Shown here piece after piece: positions 18,682 to 27,322 of a stretch of DNA of 64,000 nt. Position 1 is the first letter of the stretch; the number at the start of each line of letters is the position of its first letter. Below the pieces are notes generated by a model. It saw only the letters and a program-made list of their open reading frames with translations. It was not told the origin of the DNA and searched no databases. Both the position numbers and the translations under genes were made by a program. The stretch is from an uncultured Polyangiaceae bacterium (lineage in GTDB: Bacteria; Myxococcota_A; Polyangia; Polyangiales; Polyangiaceae), in the NCBI GenBank assembly GCA_964454965.1, contig CAYVXY010000002.1:49426-113425 (forward strand), written 5' to 3'.

Positions 18682-19473
18682 TCAATACGGATTGTCGTTC
18701 TCCATCAGCTTTGGGCGACGAACACGGGCTACTCGCCGCGTCGATGGAGACACTGCGGTTCGGGCCTGCTTCAAGGCGCTGGCACTTGGCTTTGAGTTGG
18801 GCAAATCTGGTGGCACGTTCAATTTTCGGGACGAGCCTTGCTGCACCAAACTGCCGCCGCTAGTCGAACCGTTCAACGCCTGAGTCTCGACGGATTCAGG
18901 TGAACTTGCTGGGACGCTCGGTGCCGTGGACGCGGGGTGACCTGGCATTGGGGCGGTCCTGGTCGCACGCTCACTTTCCTGCAGCTGCGGTAGCGCGCTG
19001 TGCCACGACATCACGGCATTCCCTAGGGACTTGTCCTGCTGCAATCGATATCCACCGTTGATGACGCTTGACAGGCCCACCGTGATACCGATCCCCGCGA
19101 CGAGACCCGCGATGAAGGAAGGTAAACTTCCAGGCATACTTCGCTTTCGGTCCTGCTGCTGACGCGGTTCTGCAACGGATCCGCGTCCGCCATTGGGCAC
19201 AGCTGCGGCAACGCTCAATGGCGCCATGCCAGTGGTGGTGGTTGAGCACGCCGGATTCGAGATCTTTCTCACCGTGGACGGAATTGGCTCCTCCACAATG
19301 GCACCTATCGTATCCCAATCGGTGTCAATCAAGGTCGTCCGGGGAGCGTGCACGCTGATCTGTCGTGTCCGTCCATTGGTGGCACATCCCAGCTTGGCGA
19401 ATCGCTCGTCAGCGCGCGCTAACGCGCCGTTGAGCGTGGTCAAGTGCTGATCCATAGGGGCCAACTTCGACAT
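18682..19473 (-). CDS. Hypothetical single-pass membrane protein
   Basis: ATG at 19473 has a GAGGAA Shine-Dalgarno (SD) sequence about 6 nt upstream. There is one TM segment (LPSFIAGLVAGIGITVGLSSVI). No recognisable domain. Confidence 0.5.
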   Translation of the reverse strand: MSKLAPMDQHLTTLNGALARADERFAKLGCATNGRTRQISVHAPRTTLIDTDWDTIGAIVEEPIPSTVRKISNPACSTTTTGMAPLSVAAAVPNGGRGSVAEPRQQQDRKRSMPGSLPSFIAGLVAGIGITVGLSSVINGGYRLQQDKSLGNAVMSWHSALPQLQESERATRTAPMPGHPASTAPSVPASSPESVETQALNGSTSGGSLVQQGSSRKLNVPPDLPNSKPSASALKQARTAVSPSTRRVARVRRPKLMENDNPY

Positions 19474-19543
19474 GGTAGTTCCTCGCGACGTGAGTTTTGG
19501 GGGCAAGGCCTGAGGGCTCGTGTGCACGTTTCGCGCTGCCAAA

Positions 19544-19960
19544 TCAATGCTTTGACTCGATCGCGCTATGCAGCACCTCGGCCTTGGCTCCGCTGACCGA
19601 GGCGCTGCGACTGGTCTGAATCCCTTGACAGCTCACTAGCTTGTCCTGGGCGCCCGGCTCCTTTATCCACTCGAACTCGCCGCTCGTCAATTCTATGATC
19701 TGTGTCCGTAAAGTTGGGGTAATTCCGAAGCGCCGCTCATGCATGGACTTGGCCAGACGTTTCGGCAAGGGCGGTGGCTGCGCTTTCGTGGTTCCCTTCA
19801 AGGGAAGTGCTCGCTCCATGAGTACCTGGTCCGGGCAACTCGAGTCGATCCGTCGACCAGGTGTGGCCAGAGCGCTCGTCGCTACCCGATGGACGCGTTG
19901 TGGAGCTGAGCTCGGGGGAGCAGGTCGCGGGGGAAGCAATTTGTTGGTGGGCTTCGCCAT
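19544..19960 (-). CDS. Hypothetical protein (Pro/basic-rich N-terminus)
   Basis: ORF 19544-20059; the internal ATG at 19960 (MAKPTNK...) is more plausible. It ends 1 nt before the next gene on the same strand. No motif recognised. Confidence 0.35.
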   Translation of the reverse strand: MAKPTNKLLPPRPAPPSSAPQRVHRVATSALATPGRRIDSSCPDQVLMERALPLKGTTKAQPPPLPKRLAKSMHERRFGITPTLRTQIIELTSGEFEWIKEPGAQDKLVSCQGIQTSRSASVSGAKAEVLHSAIESKH

Positions 19961-20460
19961 GGCTCTTACTCGTTCCTTACGGGGTTGAATCCACTGCAGG
20001 ACTGAAAGCAACATCCAACGCGTATTCAAGAGTAGTGCCAACGAGCTCGTCGAGGTCATGGCTGGACTTTCGAGCCATTTACGAGGTATTGGCCAAGTCG
20101 CCGTCGCCGACGCTTGCGGAGTGGAGACATCAACTGCAGTCAGTAGTCAGCAGCAGAGCCAACGGCCGGTGCAGCGTCACTTCGCCTCAACTGGTGGCCC
20201 AACTAGAGTTTTGCCAGAAGCTTCGAGGGAGCCGCCACCATGTCCTGCCGAGCCTGTTGCTCAAGCTAACCGCCGAGGCGTAGCCTTACTTGCGCTAGAA
20301 GCTGGTTGTCCCTATGTCTCGGATAAGACGCTGGTTCACCGAATGCCCAGCGACTACTTCGAACTTCGAGTAGACTGCGATGCCGCCCAATGCCCCCAGA
20401 ACCGCCATGGAACCGATACGCTATGGGATCCTGCCGTATCCAAAGGTCCAACGACATTGC

Positions 20461-20937
20461 ATGAAGTACCTACTTGGGATCATCTTGTCGCTTGCAACTT
20501 TCTTCTCGCTCCGCGGTGTTGCGTGCGCGCAAGACGCCAGCGCAACCCCGATCGGGTACTGGAAGACCATCGACGACAAGACCGGCAAAGCCCGAGGAAT
20601 GGTCCGAATATTCGAGGTCAAGGGCGAGCTACGCGGGCGAATCGAGAAACTTCTGGCGCCACCCAAGGACGATCCCAACCCGATTTGCAGAAAATGTACG
20701 GGTGACAAGAAGAACAAGCCTGTGCGCGGCATGGAATTCCTTTGGGGATTCAAGCGCGAGGCAAAGGGTTGGAGCGACGGCTACGTACTTGATCCTGAAG
20801 ATGGCCAAATCTACCACGGCAGCATGGAGGTTATCGATAGCGGTAGGCGTCTAAAGCTGTTCGGCTATGTTCGCATCATCTTCAAGATTGGACGCAGTCA
20901 GGTTTGGGAGCGCGCCTCGCCCGGTGAGCTGCAATGA
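20461..20937 (+). CDS. DUF2147-family secreted protein
   Basis: MKYLLGIILSLATFFSLRGVACA signal peptide; GYWKTIDDKTGKARGMVRIFE..GELRGRIEKLL..C.KC..PVRGMEFLWGF....WSDGYVLDPEDGQIYHGSMEV...LKLFGY. Confidence 0.8.
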   Translation: MKYLLGIILSLATFFSLRGVACAQDASATPIGYWKTIDDKTGKARGMVRIFEVKGELRGRIEKLLAPPKDDPNPICRKCTGDKKNKPVRGMEFLWGFKREAKGWSDGYVLDPEDGQIYHGSMEVIDSGRRLKLFGYVRIIFKIGRSQVWERASPGELQ

Positions 20938-20959
20938 CGGGAACGTTTGACATCGCTCA

Positions 20960-22186
20960 TTGACCATCGCGTCGATCCCCATGCCAAGCGCAGTTTACGG
21001 AGCACCAATGCCCGCCCAAACGTTCATCACTCAATTCCGCGCGCTGAACCCGACGTACACCATGACTCAGCCACAAACGCTGGCCTGGCTCGTCGAAGCG
21101 CACACGCGAGCAGAAGCCACGCTGGCCGCGCGCCAGGCGACCCACTTCGATGAGGCCAAATTTCGAGTGCGGATCGCGCATGCCTTAGCGCGTTTCGGCT
21201 GTAGCGCGGACAAGATTGGGACACGTGGCGTAGAGTTCATCGACGGCACGCACACGGTCTGGTCTAACATGCAGATATTTCGTCTCGATGAGCGACCAGA
21301 GGGCGAGGGTATGCTGACTCGCATGCGACTCTTTTCCGACGTTGCGGCGCGGGCCTTCGAACGTCTCTACGCAGAACAAGAGCGACCACCCGCGGACCTA
21401 TTGCATGTCACTTGTACCGGCTACGCCTCGCCGAGCGCTGCACAACGGCTGGTATCGAAGCGCGGTTGGGGAAGCCACACCCGCGTCACCCACGCCTATC
21501 ACATGGGTTGCTACGCCTCGCTACCGGCGCTGCGCATCGCCGGAGGATTCGTCTCTGCCCCGAGCGCGCTGCGCCCCGACGGCCCGCGTCGAGTCGACGT
21601 GGTCCACACCGAGCTCTGTACCCTGCACTTGAATCCGCTCATTCACACACCGGAACAGCTCGTCGTTCAGACCCTGTTTGCCGACGGCATCATCGCCTAC
21701 TCAGTCTGCGACGCACCCGCCCGCAATGGCGCTCCTGCCCTAGAGCTCCTCGCACTGGCGGAAGATGTCGTCCCCGACTCGACCGATTCAATGCAATGGA
21801 TCTGCTCGGACTCAGGCATGCAAATGACGTTGGCACGCGACGTTCCAGCGCGCCTGAACGCGGTGCTCGTCCACTTCATGGACCAACTGTGCGAACGAGC
21901 GAAGCTCACGAAAGCGGAACGCGCCCAAGCTTGGTTCGCCGTCCACCCGGGGGGACCGAAGATTGTCGACGGCGTACAGACGTTGCTCGACCTAAGTGAC
22001 GAGCAAGTCCAGCACAGTCGCGATGTGCTCTTCTCCCGCGGCAATATGTCTTCGGCCACGTTGCCTCACGTGTGGATGAGTATGCTGGCAGACCAGAGGG
22101 TGGCCGACGGCCACATTGTCGTAAGTGCCGCGTTCGGACCAGGGCTTACCCTGTGCGGCGCCGTGATGCGCAAGGCCGTAGCATGA
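20960..22186 (+). CDS. Type III polyketide synthase (chalcone/stilbene synthase superfamily)
   Basis: The catalytic triad contexts are present: LHVTCTGYASPS (Cys), WFAVHPGGPKIVD (His), FSRGNMSSATLPHV (Asn). TTG start at 20960; ATG alternatives at 20981 and 21008. Confidence 0.9.
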   Translation: MTIASIPMPSAVYGAPMPAQTFITQFRALNPTYTMTQPQTLAWLVEAHTRAEATLAARQATHFDEAKFRVRIAHALARFGCSADKIGTRGVEFIDGTHTVWSNMQIFRLDERPEGEGMLTRMRLFSDVAARAFERLYAEQERPPADLLHVTCTGYASPSAAQRLVSKRGWGSHTRVTHAYHMGCYASLPALRIAGGFVSAPSALRPDGPRRVDVVHTELCTLHLNPLIHTPEQLVVQTLFADGIIAYSVCDAPARNGAPALELLALAEDVVPDSTDSMQWICSDSGMQMTLARDVPARLNAVLVHFMDQLCERAKLTKAERAQAWFAVHPGGPKIVDGVQTLLDLSDEQVQHSRDVLFSRGNMSSATLPHVWMSMLADQRVADGHIVVSAAFGPGLTLCGAVMRKAVA

Positions 22187-22635
22187 CCGTGCTGTTGGCT
22201 GCAGTTCCAGTCGCCATACAAGGCTTGGCCATGGCGTTCGACGAACTCCATTTTCATAGGCGGCGCGGGCTTCCGCGGTGGGAACGCATCGGTCACCCTC
22301 TCGACACGCTTACGGTGCTAGCCTGCTACGCTGTCGCCATTACATTCCCGCTCACGGCTTCGTCGGGGTGGACCTACCTGGTGTTGGCCGCGTTCTCATG
22401 CCTCTTCGTGACGAAAGACGAGCTCGTGCATGCGAAGCATTGTGAGCCGGTCGAGCATTGGCTGCATGCACTGCTCTTCGTTCTGCACCCGATAGTCCTT
22501 GCTAGCGTAGGCTTCATGTGGCTGAAAGACGCTCGGACGCTGGTTCTCGTCTCGGCGGCGCTCACGCTGTCTTTCGGCATCTACCAAGCGCTTTATTGGA
22601 ATACGCCATGGTCAAGGATGCGTCGCACCCCATAA
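22183..22635 (+). CDS. Small (150 aa) His-rich integral membrane protein of unknown function
   Basis: ATG 22183 overlaps the PKS stop (ATGA). It has 4-5 TM segments. His clusters are DELHFHRRR, DELVHAKH and EHWLHALLFVLH. Confidence 0.7.
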   Translation: MTVLLAAVPVAIQGLAMAFDELHFHRRRGLPRWERIGHPLDTLTVLACYAVAITFPLTASSGWTYLVLAAFSCLFVTKDELVHAKHCEPVEHWLHALLFVLHPIVLASVGFMWLKDARTLVLVSAALTLSFGIYQALYWNTPWSRMRRTP

Positions 22636-23357
22636 ACAACCAGCTCTATGACCAGCTCGGCGAGCGCTGGTACGAAGCGGACGATGATCCCGTAGCGTTG
22701 CTGCGCGCTGAATCCAGGCTCCGAAATCCCTGGATATCGTCGCGATTGCGCGAACGTCACGGCAGCCACGCAAGCCTGCTCGACGTCGGCTGCGGCGCGG
22801 GGTTTCTATCCAATGCGCTTGCTCGCGAAGGCTTCGACGTGGTCGGTCTCGACGCATCCGCGGCAAGCCTAGCCGTGGCACGCCGTCACGATGAGACCAG
22901 CAGCGTGCGCTACGACACTGGCGATGCCCTGGCATTGCCGTATCCTGCGGCATCCTTCGACGCAGTATCAGCGATGGACTTCTTGGAACACGTCGAAGAT
23001 CCTGCGGCGGTCGTGGCGGAAGCTGCGCGCGTACTTCGACCTCGGGGCTTGTTCTTCTTTCACACTTTCAATCGCAATCCGTTAGCGTGGCTCATCGTGA
23101 TCAAAGGCGTCGAGTGGTTCGTGAAGAATACGCCTCCCAACATGCACTTGCTCCGGCTCTTCGTAAAACCCGCGGAGCTTAGCAAGATGTGCATAGACAA
23201 TGGACTCCTTTTGACCGAGGTTCGCGGATCGGCGCCGGTGGTACGCTCCAAAGCGTTCTTCCGCATGCTTGCCACCGGAGTCGTTCCGCAAGATTTCTGC
23301 TTCAAGTTCACGAATTCGACTCGGTTAGGGTATACCGGCTTCGCAGTGCGAAACTGA
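22608..23357 (+). CDS. Class I SAM-dependent O-methyltransferase, UbiG-like
   Basis: MVKDASHPINNQLYD...; motif I LLDVGCGAGFLSNAL; FDAVSAMDFLEHVEDP; LRPRGLFFFHTFNRN. Its 5' end overlaps the preceding gene by 28 nt. Confidence 0.85.
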   Translation: MVKDASHPINNQLYDQLGERWYEADDDPVALLRAESRLRNPWISSRLRERHGSHASLLDVGCGAGFLSNALAREGFDVVGLDASAASLAVARRHDETSSVRYDTGDALALPYPAASFDAVSAMDFLEHVEDPAAVVAEAARVLRPRGLFFFHTFNRNPLAWLIVIKGVEWFVKNTPPNMHLLRLFVKPAELSKMCIDNGLLLTEVRGSAPVVRSKAFFRMLATGVVPQDFCFKFTNSTRLGYTGFAVRN

Positions 23358-23469
23358 CCCTACGAATTCCTCGACCGAGCTCGGCGCGTGTCGAAACGAT
23401 CCGAGGCGTCGCCGTCATGGCCATGTCCGATCAAGGGGGTTGCTAGAAAGTATGGCGGGCGCGTGCTTC

Positions 23470-24354
23470 CTACGCGGCTTGTTCGGTCGCAATTCGGCCG
23501 AAACGGCTATTGCCTGACAATTCAACGACACGCTGGGTAAGCTTGCGTTTGGCACGCGTTTCGAGTTGTCGAGCACGCTCCCGAGATACCCCCAGGAAGC
23601 GACCGAGTTCGGCAAGTGACTGGCACTCTTCCTCGTCAGCCATCAGGCGGTGTTCGACGATATGGCGTTCACGTCGATCGAGTATGTCGAGCGCAGCATG
23701 AACCAGTTGATTTGCCCGCCGACTGCGCTGAGAACGCGCGTAGGCCTCTTCTTGACTGACGTCGACCGAAACAAGAGTGTCCATGAGCGTCATTGTGCCG
23801 TCATCGAAGACTCTGGAACTGAGTGAAACGTCTCGGGTTTCCAGACGCGTTATCATCTCCGCCATTTGAACTGGCGAGGCGCCGAATCTTTCAGCGAGCA
23901 CTTCCATGGCCCGGTCACCCTCGCCCAAGAGGTTGGTGACGCGTACCCTCTCGCGACGCAGCTTGAAGAAGGTTCTCGTGCGAAGCACGCCTGACCCAGC
24001 GCCGACCAGACTCCACGAACCAACAATGTAGTTCAGAATGAACGCGCGGACCCAATAGGCAGCGTAGGTCACGAATCGGTTGCCACGTTCAGGTTCGAAC
24101 TTCGCTAGCGCGTGCATGATCCCGAGGTTGCCTTCGGCCACCAGGTCCGCAATCGGCAAGCCGTAGCGTCGATATTTCCATGCGATCGCAATGACATAGC
24201 GCAAGTTGGCCCGAATCAATGCCTCACTCGCTCGGTTGTCCAGATCCTCGTGCCGCCGCCGCCAGAGTTCCGTCTCTTCTTCGCGAGTAAGCTTCGGATG
24301 CTTTTGAACCGCTGCCGTGTAGCGGGACAGAGCTGAGTCCAGTTCAGTCTTCAT
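23470..24354 (-). CDS. Sigma-70 family sigma factor, RpoH-like (copy 1)
   Basis: ATG at 24354 (AGGAAAG SD): MKTELDSALSRYTAAV..LIRANLRYVIAIAWKYRRYG..DLVAEGNLGIMHALAKFEPERGNRFVTYAAYWVRAFI..RTFFKLRRE (RpoH-box-like)..SLAELGRFLGVSRERARQLETRA. Confidence 0.9.
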   Translation of the reverse strand: MKTELDSALSRYTAAVQKHPKLTREEETELWRRRHEDLDNRASEALIRANLRYVIAIAWKYRRYGLPIADLVAEGNLGIMHALAKFEPERGNRFVTYAAYWVRAFILNYIVGSWSLVGAGSGVLRTRTFFKLRRERVRVTNLLGEGDRAMEVLAERFGASPVQMAEMITRLETRDVSLSSRVFDDGTMTLMDTLVSVDVSQEEAYARSQRSRRANQLVHAALDILDRRERHIVEHRLMADEEECQSLAELGRFLGVSRERARQLETRAKRKLTQRVVELSGNSRFGRIATEQAA

Positions 24355-24890
24355 TGCTTTCCTATTCCACGCTGACGCTCGGTGACCTCGCGGGCCCGAA
24401 CGGCCCCAAGTACGACGCAGTGCTTGCAGCTGCGCGCACAAGCCGGTTTTGCACGACGCATGCCAGGCACTTGCGCGTAGAATGCGGAACCACTTGGCCC
24501 GCTCGACCCGGGTTCCGTACACCCACGGCGCGCAGGCGAGTCTGTTGCGGCCTGCCTCTACGGTCAACGAGCAGTGGGCCGCCATCGAGCAAACCAGCGA
24601 TTGGAGATTTCGCAAAATGCCACTGCGATTCGCAGAAGGCGAGAATTGCTGCCCATGGTTACAGACTGCGGTGTGGGGCAAAGTCCATCCCGTCTCGGTT
24701 GTTTGCGAGAGTCTTGATGAATCGTTTGGATCTCCGCGACTTGAACGGTCGCATCGAGGTCGATCAAGAGGTTAGTTCGGGTGCAGCCGCCCCCTGAATT
24801 GACTGTCGACAGGATGCAGCCAAACGCGTAGCCTACCGATCTCCGGTCGGGGCCTTGTCGCCTCGTGAGGCCGCGAGATTTGCATTCCAT

Positions 24891-24906
24891 TGGAATGGCC
24901 GTTGCA
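24891..24906 (+). promoter_or_regulatory. Candidate sigma-54 (-24/-12) promoter upstream of the NO reductase gene
   Basis: TGGAATGGCCGTTGCA keeps the GG-N10-GC spacing of TGGCAC-N5-TTGCW. It lies 36 nt upstream of ATG 24942 (GAGGG SD 7 nt before the ATG). It overlaps the palindrome ATTCCA-T-TGGAAT (24884-24896). Confidence 0.3.
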
Positions 24907-24941
24907 GCGCAGGTGACGTTCCATTTGCCGAGGGTACACGC

Positions 24942-27236
24942 ATGAACTCCCCGTCAGTCGACAACACGCCGCTTTCTCCCTGGTGGCAAAAGGCGGTGAT
25001 CCTGGTTTTGGCCTTTGGCTTCACGTTGCTCACCATAGTTACGGTGAAGACCTATAGCGGCGCCCCACCTATCCCTTCGCGCGTGGTGAATCGGATGGGT
25101 CAGACGCTGTTTACGGCGAATGACGTGAACAAGGGGCAGGAGGTCTTCTTCAAGTACGGCCTCATGGAGCATGGCACGCTGTGGGGACACGGTGCCTATT
25201 TGGGACCGGACTACACCGCGGAATACTTGCACCGACTGACAGAAATCGCACGCGATGCGGAGGCACTGGGTCGCTACGGCAAGCCCTACGGTGAGCTCCC
25301 TCAGGAACAAGCCCATGTTGCAGGCGAATTGGTCAAGCAGTCGTTGAAGCAGAACCGCTACGACGAAGTCAACCATACGTTGGTGTTCACCCCAGGAGAG
25401 CAGGCCTCGTTCGTTACGCAGCAACGAGAATGGATGGACTACTTCGCTGGGGCAAAACCCGCACCGGGACTTCCGGTTGGTTTCATCCGCGATGCAGACG
25501 AACTGCGGTCTTTGAATGCCTATTTCGCCTGGGCGACCTGGGCCACCGTGGCGCCGCGCCCTGGCACGCAGGACTCGTACACGAACAACTGGCCATTCGA
25601 ACCTCAAGCAGGAAACACGCCAACTGCATCCACCTATCTGTGGAGCGCGCTGAGTCTCGTCTGTCTATTCGGCGGCCTCGGAGTAGTACTGTTCATCTTC
25701 GGCAAGTTCGACTACCTCGGTTGGGGTGCGGTTGCCGGAGCCACTCATGTGCACGAAGGGCCACTTCACCATTGGAAGGTAACACCGAGTCAGAAAGCGC
25801 TTGGGCTATTTTTCGCGGTCGTCGCACTACTCTTTCTGCTGCAAACCACGATGGGTGGCGTACTGGCCCACTACCGCGTAGAGCCTGAGGCTTTCTACGG
25901 GTTCGACCTTGCCAAGTTCTTGCCCTACAATTTGGCTCGGACGTGGCACCTGCAACTGGCCATCTTCTGGATAGCCACCGCTTGGGTCGCCGGAGGCCTC
26001 TTTCTGGCTCCGCTCGTTGGTGGGGCAGAGCCGAAAGGGCAAAGGGTAGGGGTATTCGTTCTTCTGGGCGCCCTTATAGTCGTCGTGTTTGGCAGCCTCT
26101 TTGGCGAAGCTTTGGGCATCAACAACAAGTTGGGAACGCTGTGGTTCTGGCTAGGCCATCAGGGGAGCGAGTATCTGGACCTCGGTCGCTTCTGGCAGCT
26201 GCTTCTGGCAGTGGGCTTGGCGTTTTGGCTATTTCTTATGTTCCGTGCCCTTCGGCCCGCAATGAAATCTGGCGCACAGGGGGAGTTGCCCTCTTTGTTC
26301 CTTTACGCGGCAGTTGCCATTCCTTTGTTCTATTTGCCTGCGTTGTTCTATGGACCCCATACCAACTTCGCGATCATAGACAATTGGCGTTTTTGGATCA
26401 TACATCTCTGGGTGGAAGGCTTCTTCGAACTATTTGCCACCGTGCTGGTGGCCGTCATGTTCGTTCAGATGGGACTCGTCAGTACCAAGACTGCCACGCG
26501 TCTGGTCTACCTCGATGCGATTCTCTACCTTACGGGCGGCATCGTTGGTACAGGTCACCACTGGTACTTCACCGGCCAGGGTACGTTGAATATGGGATTG
26601 GCATCATGCTTCAGCGCACTCGAGGTAGTGCCGTTGACACTCTTGACGCTGGACGCGTGGGACTTCATCCGCCTCAAGGATCAGAGTTGCGCGGATTGCC
26701 ACAGGCCATTGGCCGCGCACCAGAAGTGGCCGATCTACTTTCTCATTGCCGTCGGCGTTTGGAATTTCGTAGGCGCTGGAGTCTTCGGGTTTCTCATCAA
26801 CCTACCCATCGTTTCCTACTTCGAGATTGGCACGGGACTTACAGCCAATCATGGCCACGCTGCCATGTTTGGTGTGTTTGGCATGCTGGCCCTGGGGGTC
26901 GTACTCTTCTGCCTCCGAGCCATCCGCAGCGACGCCATCTGGAATCGTGTCGAGAAATTCGTCCGAGTCGGATTTTGGGGACTCAATATCGGGCTCGGGT
27001 TGATGATTGTCATCGATCTGTTCCCGGGAGGCGTACTGCAACTCTGGGATGCCATTCAACATGGCTACTGGCACGCACGCCGATTGAGCTTCCTCATGCA
27101 CGGCCTCTACCATACGTTGGAGTGGATACGCATCGGAGCGGATCTAACCTTCTTGGTCGCCGGTGCACTTCCGCTTTCGTTGGCAGTATTGCTGCTCGTT
27201 TTTGCCAAGGATGCTCCGCAAGAAGCTCAGCTGTGA
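24942..27236 (+). CDS. norB: Quinol-dependent nitric oxide reductase, single-subunit (qNOR, NorB/NorZ type)
   Basis: About 764 aa from ATG 24942: LSPWWQKAVILVL, GQEVFFKYGLMEHGTLWGHGAYLGPDYTAEYLH, WIIHLWVEGFFE, GTGHHWYFTG, HGHAAMFGVFGM. These are heme-copper oxidase-type His ligands preceded by the qNOR N-terminal extension. Confidence 0.9.
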   Translation: MNSPSVDNTPLSPWWQKAVILVLAFGFTLLTIVTVKTYSGAPPIPSRVVNRMGQTLFTANDVNKGQEVFFKYGLMEHGTLWGHGAYLGPDYTAEYLHRLTEIARDAEALGRYGKPYGELPQEQAHVAGELVKQSLKQNRYDEVNHTLVFTPGEQASFVTQQREWMDYFAGAKPAPGLPVGFIRDADELRSLNAYFAWATWATVAPRPGTQDSYTNNWPFEPQAGNTPTASTYLWSALSLVCLFGGLGVVLFIFGKFDYLGWGAVAGATHVHEGPLHHWKVTPSQKALGLFFAVVALLFLLQTTMGGVLAHYRVEPEAFYGFDLAKFLPYNLARTWHLQLAIFWIATAWVAGGLFLAPLVGGAEPKGQRVGVFVLLGALIVVVFGSLFGEALGINNKLGTLWFWLGHQGSEYLDLGRFWQLLLAVGLAFWLFLMFRALRPAMKSGAQGELPSLFLYAAVAIPLFYLPALFYGPHTNFAIIDNWRFWIIHLWVEGFFELFATVLVAVMFVQMGLVSTKTATRLVYLDAILYLTGGIVGTGHHWYFTGQGTLNMGLASCFSALEVVPLTLLTLDAWDFIRLKDQSCADCHRPLAAHQKWPIYFLIAVGVWNFVGAGVFGFLINLPIVSYFEIGTGLTANHGHAAMFGVFGMLALGVVLFCLRAIRSDAIWNRVEKFVRVGFWGLNIGLGLMIVIDLFPGGVLQLWDAIQHGYWHARRLSFLMHGLYHTLEWIRIGADLTFLVAGALPLSLAVLLLVFAKDAPQEAQL

Positions 27237-27322
27237 TGGCGGGCTCACCTCGCGTCCAGCGTTCTGGAGACGCTGTCGCAGTCCCTGCTGTGCCTACACC
27301 CAATCTGAGGCTGAGTCACCCG

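Noticed and set aside
20058-20705. 215-aa plus-strand ORF upstream of and overlapping the DUF2147 gene
   Set aside because: It is in a different frame from the well-supported DUF2147 gene. It has Arg/Pro-rich composition, and its first part lies in the divergent promoter region.
24354-24890. ORFs 24354-24797, 24449-24775 (+) and 24362-24592, 24564-24890 (-) in the sigma/norB spacer
   Set aside because: They are mutually overlapping on both strands and Arg/Cys/Pro-rich, with no motifs. The region is better explained as a regulatory spacer.
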